Shown: positions 11,610 to 24,307 of the stretch, piece after piece
Numbering within the stretch: the stretch's first letter is position 1
How the letters are laid out: each line of letters starts with the position of its first letter
Assembly: GCF_006345805.1 (NCBI RefSeq)
Contig: NC_043001.1
Span: forward strand, 36,704,001 to 36,768,000
Source: Octopus sinensis
Taxonomy: Eukaryota
Direction: 5' to 3'
DNA length: 64,000 nucleotides
Translations under genes and position numbers: made by a program
The notes under the pieces: model-generated
Told to the model about the DNA's origin: nothing
Database searches by the model: none
The model's input: only the letters and a program-made list of their open reading frames with translations

Positions 11610-13127
11610 TGTAACACACATATACAGAGCGAGAGAGAGAGAGAGATGAGATGAGAGATGAGAGAAAATGCGATGAAGTGCTGAAGGGATGGAAAACAAA
11701 AAAGATAGAAGTAGGGACAGAGAAACTGAGAGCGAGGGAAGAGAGAAGGTGATTGCGGGAACGAAGAGGGTTAATATAAGAATTTATTTACAGAGCATTC
11801 AATCGGCCAGAAGTGTTAGAATAACAATTATCTCCTCGATGATAAAAAACAAAAACACACACACACACACACACACAGCGGACAGGAAGGAAGTTAAACA
11901 TTTCATACGAAACCAACAGGGATTAACGCATTTAAAGCAGAAGTTGATATTTAGACTTTAACCTCTGATCCTTCTGTGTAAGACTCATTAACCGATATTA
12001 TCAATCAACATGACATTAAAAATGGAAGATTAAAGGATGAAAGAGATGAATAATGTGAAGGAAAGAGAAACGAGAAAAAAAAAAAAGAAAATGAAGTAAA
12101 TGAAAGAAAAATCTAAGGATAAAACTAAATATTTGGTTCTGTTTGATTAGCCAAAGAAAAAGAGTGAGGAAGACCATATTTTACGTTCATGGTTTTTTTT
12201 TTTTTTCTGCAAGAGCTATTAGTATTATGAGTGAAATGAAATAGTTTCAGCTGAGAATATGAACCTGAATCGTGATATCAGTTCGTTAAGGGCTCACGTT
12301 TAAAAAAAATTTTTACGATTTAGTCGGGCGTCTCCATGACTGGGGGCAGTAAAGGAAAGAAAGAGACCATATTTCATTGCTCAGCACGAATCAATGCATC
12401 AACATAGCGTGTTGATCTCAGACTAGAGAGGACCTGATAATTCAAATGTTTGTAGCGGCGTCAGGGCCTATCCAGTATTTGACTTCAGTTTCCCGGCCAG
12501 TATGTCGTCGTATGATTTCCTTTACAACTGCCCATGAAAGACTAGTATATTAAGCCCTAAATTACCAGCATGATGTATTTCAAGATTGAAGGTGTCTATG
12601 TATATCTGAGATATCCTTATGGTCCTCAAAGGACATGAGGATCAGTTCCCGTGCTCCGATGGCAAAAGTTGTTACTGTTTTCTGTCTTCGTTTTTGTATT
12701 TTTTTTTTGTACCTTAATATATCCCGACGACAGCTAAATCACCAATTTCAGCCATATTCACATTTAGAACCTCAACATTCCCGACAGAGTGTATTTTTAC
12801 AATAGGTAAAAAAAGGGATATCGGATATGTATTTTCCATTTTCTTCTATGTTTGGAATGTTGCCTCCATTTTGCAACAGAAGAGTTAAAAGTGATATAAA
12901 CTTAATACAATCGCGAATAGAAATGGAGAATGCATTAAAAACAAAAACAATGAAGATGGATCAAATACTGGCTAAAGATACATATGAACATGTAGCTACA
13001 CTAAAGGATAAATTTTAAGAAGCATTGCAAGAAATTATATGCACAGTGCCAAACTGCCTGAATATCAGAAACGTACTAATTTGATTTCTTTAGTAGGAGT
13101 AAATGAGGGAAACTGGGTAAGATTTAA

Positions 13128-13938
13128 ATAGAATTGGACTATGAGTCAAACACCAAATTGAAAATGGTGAGAAAATAATTTGATATATAAAATTGAGAAA
13201 GAAATATCTAACTTCATTTAGTAAAATGAAAAAAAGGGGGATCCGATAGAATTGGACCATGAGTCAAACACCAAATTGAAAATGGTACGAAAATAATTTG
13301 ATATATAAAATTGAGAAAGAAATATCTAACTTCATTTAGTAAAATGAAAAAAAGGGGGATCCGATAGAATTGGACCATGAGTCAAACACCAAATTGAAAA
13401 TGGTACGAAAATAATTTGATATATAAAATTGAGAAAGAAATATCTAACTTCATTTAGTAAAATGAAAAAAAGGGGGATCCGATAGAATTGGACCATGAGT
13501 CAAACACCAAATTGAAAATGGTACGAAAATAATTTGATATATAAAATTGAGAAAGAAATATCTAACTTCATTTAGTAAAATGAAAAAAAGGGGGATCCGA
13601 TAGAATTGGACCATGAGTCAAACACCAAATTGAAAATGGTACGAAAATAATTGATATATAAAATTGAGAAAGAAATATCTAACTTCATTTAGTAAAATGA
13701 AAAAAAGGGGGATCCGATAGAATTGGACCATGAGTCAAACACCAAATTGAAAATGGTGAGAAAATAATTTAATATATAAAATTGAGAAAGAAATATCTAA
13801 CTTCATTTAGTAAAATGAAAAAAAGGGGGATCCGATAGAATTGGACCATGAGTCAAACACCAAATTGAAAATGGTACGAAAATAATTTGATATATAAAAT
13901 TGAGAAAGAAATATCTAACTTCATTTAGTAAAATGAAA
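13128..13938. repeat. 118-bp tandem repeat, about 6.9 copies
   Basis: Unit starts at 13128, 13246, 13364, 13482, 13600, 13717 and 13835; units nearly identical, one ggatcc per full unit, no spacers. Confidence 0.97.
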
Positions 13939-14531
13939 GATAAAAGGGTTCAGATATCTAAAGAAAATAATAAGTACAATATCATTAAAAGAGAAAACAT
14001 TCTGAAGGCAAATTAAAATAATTCCTTCTTTATTGGTCTCAAGGGGTGCACACAAAAAAGGACGATCAAGAAAAATCAGTCGATAGGGATTTTCATTAAC
14101 AACGTGTAAACAATAAAAACCAATAATATACAGCTAAATAAAAACCGAGTGGCTAAGTATTCCGAGTCATCCCCGTATATTCAATCCTGCAGATGCATGC
14201 TTAGGTCCATATACTCGGTTCATTCTCGCGATATTCAACCACTTTTCAACAAATTCACTGAGCAACAATATCTCCTTTTCCACCCTCACTCTTTAAGTGG
14301 AGCCCGAAAAAGCTGATGAGTGTTGATGACCGAAGAGGAAAGTGCCTGCCTTCAGCCCTTTCAGTCATGTCCACCACACTATCATGTGTTCACCATAACT
14401 AACAGATAGAGAAAAACTCCCTGCCTTTACCGGCCAAAGGAAGATGCGAAGCATCTTCACGATGAAGTTGGCTGATAGTTGGATCCGTCCTACAAGTGAC
14501 AGCAGCTGCTTGACAGTAATTATTATTATTA

Positions 14532-14566
<35 letters not shown>

Positions 14567-14592
14567 CATTATTATTAATTATTATTATTATC

Positions 14593-14623
<31 letters not shown>

Positions 14624-14647
14624 ATTATTATCATTATTATTATTATT

Positions 14648-14887
14648 ACGAAAATTGAGAAAATAAGCAGAGATATAGATGAATGGTTGAAGGAGATTGG
14701 AATAGAATATCCTGTAGAGATTCTTCAGAAAGTTTGCCTCTTAGAGACTAGAAAGATTATCAAGAGGGTTCTAAGCACTTGAAAGACTATTGAAAGCTTG
14801 TGGGTACCTAAGGTTAGAGGTAGTAATATGCTAACTTAATGAATCCTACCAGGAATAAGATCGAAACTGAGTCAAAACAACACCACC

Positions 14888-14918
<31 letters not shown>

Positions 14919-14928
14919 CAACAACAAC

Positions 14929-14982
<54 letters not shown>
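14648..14982 (+). mobile_element. 5'-truncated R4/Dong-like non-LTR retrotransposon 3' end in (TAA)n
   Basis: Translates as KISRDIDEWLKEIGIEYPVEILQKVCLLETRKIIKRVLST* (stop 14780-14782), resembling R4/Dong C-termini; (ATT)n upstream and (CAA)n(TAA)n tail. Confidence 0.7.
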
Positions 14983-14983
<1 letters not shown>

Positions 14984-15317
14984 GAAACAAAAAATGAAGA
15001 GTGCCATTGTCATCAAGTGAACGATATTTCAACATCTCTTTGTGTCTTCAACAGGTTCAAAAAATAAATGTGTCAATCTACTTCATTTTGGTTAACATAT
15101 ATAGGATTGAGGTAACTCCTCCATATGATATAATAGAAGCAAAACAAAAGAAGAAGAATGCTCTTGTCATTAAGTGAACGATATATCCTATATATATTAA
15201 CCAAAATGAAGTAAATTGTCACACGAGATGTCGAAATATTGTTCACTTGATGACAATGGCACTCTTCTTTTTTTTTTTGCTCCTGTATCCTCTGGAGGAG
15301 TTACTTCAAACCTATAT

Positions 15318-15404
<87 letters not shown>

Positions 15405-15405
<1 letters not shown>

Positions 15406-15927
15406 TGGCTTTCATGGCTACCCATCTTAACTGATTGAAAGTGTTATCATATACATTTTTTTCGTCTTGGTATAAGAGATGGGCTACAGCAAATATTCTA
15501 CTCAATACAACAGTTGTTTGACCGTAACCAGTTGAGCATGTCCCTTAGTGGCTGACGATATGTTGCATCTCTGATCATGAGCAGAAGTAGTGGGGGAGCA
15601 TCATAGCTGTGTGTTGAAAGGAATTCTTGAAGGTTCAGATAATTCACATTTGGAAACATGGGTGTTTTATTCAACATCCTTAAACAACCCTTATTCAGGG
15701 ACCTTTTGAACGGGGTGGGCTACTCGATCAGAAGAAAATTCTAACTGGGCCCCACCTGCAAGATCGTGCACAGTTTATTTTGATATGAGATCACCATGTC
15801 GCGCTCATATGGTTGTGATGCATGTGCCTGGTGTACCCTTATCAGACGGGTAGTCATGATGGGTATACTGGGCTTCGCATATTTTACCCCAGTGTAACTT
15901 TGATAGCACGCACTGCTCTCTCACTCA
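15405..15927 (+). mobile_element. non-coding interspersed element flanked by (TAA)n on both sides (probable R4/Dong-type 3' UTR or non-autonomous partner)
   Basis: Sharp boundaries with long TAA tracts, ending gcactgctctctcactca(ttaataa)n; family assignment is an inference. Confidence 0.55.
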
Positions 15928-15951
15928 TTAATAATAATAATATTAATAATA

Positions 15952-16028
<77 letters not shown>

Positions 16029-16239
16029 GAAAGAAAAAAACAAATCAAATCATGAAAAATATTGAGAATAGAATTCTCCATGGAAAAGTCATGAAGTTTT
16101 TCTTCAGAATAATAATTTCAATCAAATAAGCAGACTATAGATACTTACATACATTTAAAAAAACATGCATAATATTGTGAGTCACAATAAAATTCACAAA
16201 ACATGAAAACACAATAAGAATGTAAAAAGAAAAAGTATA

Positions 16240-16740
16240 GACCATAACAACAAGGAAGGAATTCGCCAATGCATTGAGAATTACAAGGAAGAGGGAGGTA
16301 CTTGTTATTCATAAGGCCCCCGATTTCTAGCTGAAACAGATGACCAAAACCCATGAATGTATTGTAGCAGTATTCAGTGAAATGGTTAGCATACCTACCT
16401 GAATCTGCATATTATTGGCTGCTAAAGGAAAAATATAAAATAAAATATTTTCGAAACAAAAATATTCATACTCATAAGTTTATAACTTGCTTTCCAACAA
16501 CATACAAAGCACTTTTGTCCATACCCTTCAGCAGGACGTTGGCTCACCAGGATGGCAATGATATGTTAATAGTGAAATTCAAAAAGTCCTGGAAAGGAAT
16601 GTGAGATTATAAAGAACAATTAGTAGTGAATCAAGCTATTATAAAAGACTGCAGAAACGGAAAACAGATTTTAGCTTACTTTAGTTTGGTTAAAGAAAAA
16701 TCATTCGATAGAGGTGGCCTCCACTGATTTTCTGTACCAG
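16240..16740 (+). pseudogene. degraded reverse-transcriptase N-terminal region, R4/Dong-like
   Basis: Remnants FITCFPTTYKALLSI (cf. RPITCLPTxYKLLTSI) and KEQLVVNQAIIKDCR...KSFD (cf. KEQLLIDKAILEDCK...KAFD), with stops. Confidence 0.6.
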
Positions 16741-16779
16741 ATCAGTTTTCCATTCTCAGTGTGTGGATTTGTAGAATAG

Positions 16780-17700
16780 TTGTTTTATGTCTTCTGTTGT
16801 ATATTACGACTGCAACAAGCAAGGAGATATCCACTTCTGGTGGTACCTCAGCCATCTTTATTTCTACCACTTTTTGACAAATGTATGATAGAATCGAGAG
16901 CAGTTCGTCACTCTTTAGTGTTGCTCACAAATAAACCTTCAGTTCTCCAGTTTGACACCTCACTCCAACTATGCAAAAACATCTTCCCAAAGCGACATTG
17001 GATTTTGTGTCCCAGATTAGTTGAAGACACATTCCAATGTGCATCTCTCGCTCAAGTCGCTTCGGTTTAAGTCTAATGCATTTATATATTATTGTTTCTC
17101 TTTGGGTTTCCTCTTGAATTGTTGTGGTATGTTAAGGTATGTTGTTCTTAAACTTTTAGAGAGATGCGCTTTCACATTTCTCAGTTCTAAATGCGTCTAA
17201 TTTTCTACATATATTTGTGAACCCATTTTCACTTTGTTTGTAAGCCTTGGTCTTCACTATTTTTATTGTATGAAAATTTGTGCTGGTGGTGATGCTCACT
17301 GTTGTTTCCTTGCCAGTATTTATAGCGGTGAGATGTGTAATGGTAGTGTTGTTTTCAAGTGTCGTTTCATTTACGTGGTTTTTGTCGATGCTTTTAGTGT
17401 TGTCATTGCAATTGTCATTCAAACATTTGTTCGTGCCAAACAAAAAAGTTAGAAGCTTAAATGAGGATTCACAGAAAACGACAAATACAACAGGTATTAG
17501 TGCCAAACTGTGTCCATAATATCACTTGGAAGAGCCGTCTCTTCTCTAGATTTGAGAAGGCATATTTTTGCACACACGTACATATGAACGTTCACTTCTT
17601 AGACTACTAAAAAATTCTCCCATAAAGTCTAAAGTTTTACAAAACCAACAAACCGAATATGGTAGTTGGCTTAATGACAAAACAGTACAACAAAAACTAA
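16780..17700 (-). pseudogene. possible N-terminal part of the same retroelement ORF, inverted
   Basis: Coding-like, stop-interrupted, Lys/Asn/Thr-rich frames on the minus strand next to the RT relic; motif support is weak. Confidence 0.3.
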
Positions 17701-18899
17701 AATTACTTTGTTCAAAACAATAAAATTCGATAGTAACTTCATTCGTTTGGAAACACAATAATAGTACTAATAAGAAGAATACTGACAACAATAACAACCA
17801 CAGCAGTAACACCAACAGCAACAACAACAACAACAACAACAACAATAGCAACAACAACAACAACAATAATAACAATAATAATGATAGTAATAATGATAAA
17901 ATATTTCCTGTGAATCAAGTTTATCATGTTTTGGGGAATATAGGAAATATACACTCTTGTCATTTTGTTTCCATTTCTGTAAGAAAATTGATTGATATAG
18001 AAACACTCTTCCGTTTCCTATCTTATTATTCTTTTTTTTTTACACTGACATTATACCTCCAAACAGTTGATTCATCCATCCATCTTTTAAATGACCCTAG
18101 ATACTTGAAGTTCAAAGGAATGATGACGTTGTAATTACGGAAAATTTATTGAAAGCGATTTTCGATGCAGACAGACAAATACCGAGATAAAAAAAATCAA
18201 TGCTATCGTTTTTTTCTTTTGTTTTTAAGTTTTATAAAATGGAATTAATTACAAGATTAATTTGATAATAATTTCCTCTTGAACTGACTGCGGTGTATGA
18301 ATTCCGTCAAATATTTTCTCGTACCGTGTTTGAACTCCTCTGAAAACGTTTCCTAGTTAAAGTTGAAAAATGAGATTTGCAGAACTTGGAGTCAATGATG
18401 GTATACGTAAAAAAGACAACGGATACTTACATACATACATACATACATACATATATACATACATACATACATACATACATACATACATACATACATACAT
18501 ACATACATACATAAACCGAGTAATAGTTCAAATGGATTGGGAAGATCACTGGTCAACTCAAAGGTCGACTTTAAATAACAGTGGTGATGGTAGTGGTGGG
18601 AGTGTGGAAACCATGTTACTCACACGTTATGATTTGTGGTCTCCTACATATGATTGCACATCGGCACCTTTCACAATGTGTTTTAAGATGAAAAGAGCAA
18701 ATGTATAATGTAACCTAACATTTCAGAATAACTCACAATACAAATGTTATAGAAATTGTATGGGATATACACAAAGCAGAATTTTCGTAGTTAATTAAAA
18801 GGGATCCATTCTATAACTATGCGTTACTATTTATAAATGATAAATCTCCAATAGAACAAACCATTGACGCTGCAAGATTAGGAGTCCGTAGTTAATATA

Positions 18900-20180
18900 T
18901 TGGGTTGTCCGGAAAGTTCGTGCCGATTCATAGTAGCTTACATTTCGACTTATTTTATAATATGGTTGAGTCCATAAAATAGGATTTGACTACACTACCA
19001 TTTACAGCACAGTTTAATCTATCTTTACGTGGAAGAAGGTTTATCTTCCTATAACCAGTGTTAATTCTGTAAACATTTAAAATCGAAGATAAGAAGGTTC
19101 ATTTTTGGCACTTGACGGTTTTCTTTTTTCGTAAAGAGAAAAATGCCTCACAAGCAACCAAAGAAATATGCGCAGTTTAAGGTGATGTTTCTTTATCCGA
19201 AAGAACTGTACGAAAGTGGTTCGCAAGGTTCCGAGCTGGAGATTGTAGCCTTATTAATAAAGAGCGATCAGGCTGACCATCCACTACAGATGATGACCAA
19301 ATCAAGTCATTAATTGAGAATAACCCGCAGTGCACAACCCGAGAATTGGCAGAAAGCCTCAACCTATCAAAATCCGTCGTTCTTGAGCACCTGGTAAAGC
19401 TTGGGTGCACAAATCTCTCCTATATTTGGGTACCTCATGAGTTGAGTGAGAAGAATCTTTTGGATCGCATTTCCATCTTATGGACCGCATTTCCATAAAC
19501 GGAATGAAAACGCACCTTTTTTAAAGCAAATTATGACAGGTGATGAGAAATGGATTATCTAACCGAAATGTTCAGAGAAAGCGATCCTGGAGTAAGCGAC
19601 ATGAGCCACTCTTGGCCACCCCAAAAGCGGGTCTTCACCCTAAAAAATGTCTTGCTTTGTGTCTGGTAGGATTGGAAAGGAATTCTGTACTATGAGCTTC
19701 TCCCAAGTAACCAGACAATTAATTGAGAGAAATACTGTACACAACTGGACGAGTTAAAAGCAGCAATTCAAGAGAAACGGCCAACAGGAAGGGTATAGCT
19801 TTCCAGCATGATAATGCAAGACCGCACGTTTCTTTCGAAACCAGACAAAAATTGCTGCAGCTCGACTAGGATGTATTACCCCACTTTCCATATTCACCAG
19901 ATATTACTCCTTCGGATTTCCACTTATACAGGTCTCTGCAGAATAGTCTTAATGGTAAAAATTTCAATTCCTTGAATGACGTAAAAGGATACCTTGATGA
20001 ATTCATTGCCATGAAACCACTTCAATTCTGGGAAGAGGGTATTTTCAAGTTAAAGGAAAGATGGAAACGCATTGTGCAACAAAATGGTTCATATTTGGTT
20101 GATTAAAACTGTAATGGCAAGTATTTATTGACCTTTTTCTTTTCCTTTAAAACTTGGCACGAACTTTCCGGACAACCTAA
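18900..20180 (+). mobile_element. full-length mariner transposon (1281 bp), mellifera-subfamily-like
   Basis: 27-bp TIRs at 18900-18926 and 20154-20180 (2 mismatches); TA at 18898-18899 and 20181-20182. Confidence 0.96.
19082..20106 (+). pseudogene. mariner DD34D transposase pseudogene
   Basis: ATG mutated to ATC; motifs HFWHLTVFFFRKEKNASQA, WVPHELSEK, MTGDEKWI, QHDNARPH, PYSPDITPSDFHLYRSLQNSLNGKNF; several stops and frameshifts. Confidence 0.95.
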
Positions 20181-20949
20181 TACGTTAAAAGCAAGAGTCA
20201 GAAGAAAGTGTGAAATAACCCTGTAGAAGGCTTACATACACCGGCATACCACATAAATACATACACACACAATGAGTGCACAAAACTAAGGTATATTAAC
20301 GAGTACAACGAGACCGATATTTAAAAGGGGTCTTGCGATGAGACATGTTACCTAACTTGTCTTTCCGTTCATAAATTTGACGCTAAAGCAGCCAAATTTT
20401 GCGATCATATCGAAAGTAAATAGGGTTGAAACATTCTTAACTCTGGAAGCGTCTCCATTTTTCATGCTAATGTTTGATATCTCCCTGAAAACCAACATTG
20501 GAATATTCTAAAATGTAGCTATTGAGAATCCTGAACTTCTGTCTTCGTAAAACTTAAGACATAAAATAATGCTATTAATTCCATAATAACGACAGCATTG
20601 GAGCTTTCATGCTTCGGTTATCATCAGGACAACACTATGCATACATACATACATGTACGTATGAGAGAGAGAGTGTGTGTGTGTGTCTGTGTGTGTGTGT
20701 AATGTGTGAGTGTAGGACGCTGTATGGCTGGACGTTTAAGAAGTTCGATTTGATGGGAAAATATCTCTGGTTGAAAATGGTACATTTTGACACATTGCGT
20801 CTCGCTTATTCTGCTTGAGAATTGTACTCAGGGTACAAGGTTCTGAGCAATGGTTTTCGATTTGTACTCTGGTTCAAGACCAGATAATTCAGATGAATGA
20901 ACAACTGAATCCTTATTGTTGAATTACAGAAATTTACCTTGTATGCGGG

Positions 20950-21005
<56 letters not shown>

Positions 21006-21106
21006 TAATGATAATAATATGACAACAACATAATGAATGAGACATCGATATTATGTAAATAGAGGAATTTATCTATAAATATATGTGACAGCCAACTAAC
21101 TGACAT

Positions 21107-21144
<38 letters not shown>

Positions 21145-21179
21145 ACTGGATAATTTGGTCGTTTTTCTTTTATCCCTGT

Positions 21180-22520
21180 GCCTGAAGCTGAAGGTGTGAT
21201 TATTTCGACGAAGAAATACGTGGGCCTTACAGAAGTAATTTCAAGGACTGGTTCAATAATCACACCTTGAGCTTTCGGCACTGGAATAAAAGGAAAACGA
21301 CCAAATTATCCAGTCATATATGGTCATTAAAAGATAAAGGTGTCAGTTACAAAATTCATTGGAAGATCTTAGCCAAGTGTAAGCCCCACACCAACGGCAG
21401 TGGAAAGTGCGCTCTCTGTGATACGGAAAGATGGCTCATCTGGAAAAGCAGCTTAGACCCCGCTACATGTCTGAATTCAAGAACTGAACTTTTCGGAACA
21501 TGCCCATACGTGGATAAATATTTATTACGCTTTTGGTCCCCCCCCCCGATTAAAGATAGAACTTGCCTTCTGTATTGTGTCCACGTACAAGCTTTTTATC
21601 TCTTTATACCTTTTACTTATATTTCTTATATTTTTTGATTTATATATTTTTTATACATATATTTTTTACATATTTATAGAGATATTGGTTTATAGGTTTA
21701 TTGCTTATATATTTTTTACACATAATTTTTCTGTTTCTACCTTCGACCCTGCATTTTCCCTGGGCGTATATAGACGTATATATGGAATCCTTTGTGTGCG
21801 CATGTGGATGTGTGCGTGTGTGCGGGTATGTGCGTATATAACTGTGTGCGTGTGTGCGTGCATGCGAGTGTGTGCGTATATAGACGTGTTTTACTCATTG
21901 ATTTTTACACATTTTCCTGTATTCTTGCCTTTAGCCTTGTTTTTTTCTTGTGTATAGGCGCATATAGACGTGTATATGAACTTTTTTTGCGTGCATGTGT
22001 GTGTGCGTACATACGGGTATGTGCATATTTTTATACTCCCTTCCACCCTTTTTCTGTATTGTTACCTTTAGCCCTGTGTTTTCTTGAGTTTGTGCGTATA
22101 TAGACGTGTGTATGAACCTTTTTGGTGCCCGTGTGTGTGTGTGGGTTTGTATATATATATATATATATATATGTGGCGAATGGTGCGGGTAAGGTTGTGT
22201 ACGTTTCAAGTGATGGTGAATGAGTGTATACTTTTAGGTGCATGCAGGTGGGTGACAGGCGCGCATGTGTAGTTATGAACATACTATGAACTTTTTTACC
22301 CCCTTACTTTTACTCCCGCCTCTCACTTAGCACCCATTCAAATACCTCTTTTGTCTTAATAACGGTCAATCACACAGTAATTTGGCTTTGTATAACGGTC
22401 ATTTTTCATAGCATTTTTTCTGATGGCCGCATAACTGAAGAGATAGCGGCATGGATTTCCACCTCGGCATCCGAAACTCGGAGTTTTATCATGGCTACCG
22501 AATAATTGTCACACATTACA
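21180..22520 (+). mobile_element. 5'-truncated Penelope-like element: GIY-YIG endonuclease remnant, 3' UTR and terminal hammerhead
   Basis: KYVGLTE(fs)NFKDWFNNHTLSFRH...KLSSHIWSLKDK...WKILAKCKP...KCALCDTE...LNSRTELFGTC is the typical PLE GIY-YIG C-terminus; hammerhead motif at 22425-22497; (TA)n on both sides. Confidence 0.88.
22425..22497 (+). ncRNA. type I hammerhead ribozyme motif in the PLE terminal repeat
   Basis: CTGAAGA 22435-22441, G10.1-C11.1, GAAA 22473-22476, stem III ACTC-G-GAGT, H17=U at 22485, stem I ataa/ttat extended by tggcc/ggcta; stem II imperfect. Confidence 0.65.
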
Positions 22521-22529
22521 TTTACATAC

Positions 22530-22612
<83 letters not shown>

Positions 22613-22900
22613 AAGCATGACGATTTAGTTCACATGTGATCTAAACGACTAGGTACGCTAAGTAAGTGCTGTAACGGATTACCAGGGCTCCAAGATAGTT
22701 ATGGAGCTATCGTGGATTTCCAACATTTAATTCATTTATATCCTTCTCTTTTTCACTATTTGTTTCCGAAGACAGAATATCTCATATCCTGGGTTATCCC
22801 CAAAACAGCTGTAAAAGTTTGAATTTTTCCTGTAATAATAACGTATATGACTTGAGATGTTTGTCTTGCCTGAACGTTTCTTTTCTTCTTTAACACTTAT

Positions 22901-22965
<65 letters not shown>

Positions 22966-22968
<3 letters not shown>

Positions 22969-23300
22969 TCAAGATTCATCCAAGGCTGGGACCATACGGC
23001 CCCAGCCCAATTCAGGATCACAACATATAGGTACACGACATAATTTCTTTTCCTCAATAGGCCCTGCCCTAGTTAACATCGCCTTTAAACGGAGTCTGGA
23101 CAGCTTTCTTCAAGGAATACCAGATAAGCCACCCGTACCTGGATACAACTCCCTCAACAAGAATCCACTACTTGAATGGACCATAATACCACAAAACTTA
23201 ACTGAAAAAGGATTTAGATAATCCTATCAGGTGGTGCTATTCAGTTAGACATGACCTGGACCATTCTTTGGGCGAAACATACCGAAGTTTTACCTAAGTT

Positions 23301-23301
<1 letters not shown>
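22966..23301 (+). mobile_element. CR1/L2-clade LINE 3' fragment
   Basis: GPAL...FKRSLDSFLQGIPDKPPVPGYNSLNKNPLLEW resembles CR1-group RT C-termini; flanked by (TA)n. Confidence 0.7.
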
Positions 23302-23346
<45 letters not shown>

Positions 23347-24265
23347 CGAAAAAGCGAGAAATTACATTGTAGGCTAAATTTCAACATAGCACTAACAAGG
23401 CAAATTCTACTCTGAATACCAAATACAAAAGCTATTTTGAAGTTGAAATTCTTCGAAGATATACTTTTGATTTTCGTGTAACTTTGTCATTAAACATTCG
23501 TTAGTCCTATTAAGAAAACTATTGTATTAATATACACTAATTAAGTTTTATACGTAATTAATATGTAATCAATAGTTAATATAACAAGGTAATATTTCTT
23601 CTTTTTATGAAAATAAGTTGTTCTTTCATTAATTTGTAAGTAGATTATTTAGATCGATCGGATAAATAGTTATAAATATTTGAGAATAAGGAAATTCCTG
23701 GAAGTTTATACATTATCAAAGTGACTCTCCTCTGTCATAAATTAAAGATAGACATATAGGCATACAAATAGACACACTAATACCGAAGAAAAAATATGTA
23801 TAGCCCTTTAGGACGATAGAACTAATCTAATCATTTATATTCTAAACACAAATAAATAAATAAAGTATTCTAGTATTTTCGCATCACTAGACAACCACTG
23901 GCAGATCCTATAGAATTATGACCGACAATGCAACCCCAATTAAATGGACGTCCGACTAAGCAGAGAAATTATTGCGATGTATCATCTTGTTTTTGATTTG
24001 CCTGTTGCACTAACCTTCATGTTCCTCTTCTCTTTCATACGGGAAAGTAAATGATTTACACTCAGCGAACGTATTTTTATGAAAAATAAGGAATTGGAGA
24101 AAATACTTCGAAAACATTTGTCTTCCGTTTCCTGGCAATTATTCAAGACTAGTAGACAGTGGAGATAACCGAGATAGGAGAATGCATTACCATATTTTAT
24201 TTCATATCTCTTACTCTTGCGTTCAAATTCGTCAGGGTTAACGTTTGTATATATATATCTATCTA

Positions 24266-24307
<42 letters not shown>

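Noticed and set aside
12300-12800. Host exon on the minus strand (WAVVKEIIRRHTGRETEVKYWIGPD...)
   Set aside because: In-frame stops on both sides, weak acceptor, no recognisable domain; more likely a decayed TE coding relic.
13128-13938. CRISPR-like array
   Set aside because: Contiguous identical units with no unique spacers, no cas genes, eukaryotic context.
21764-22107. Repeat-spacer pattern of 14-bp anchors as CRISPR
   Set aside because: The anchors are too short, spacing is irregular (84-136 bp), the spacers resemble one another, and the pattern lies inside a PLE 3' UTR.
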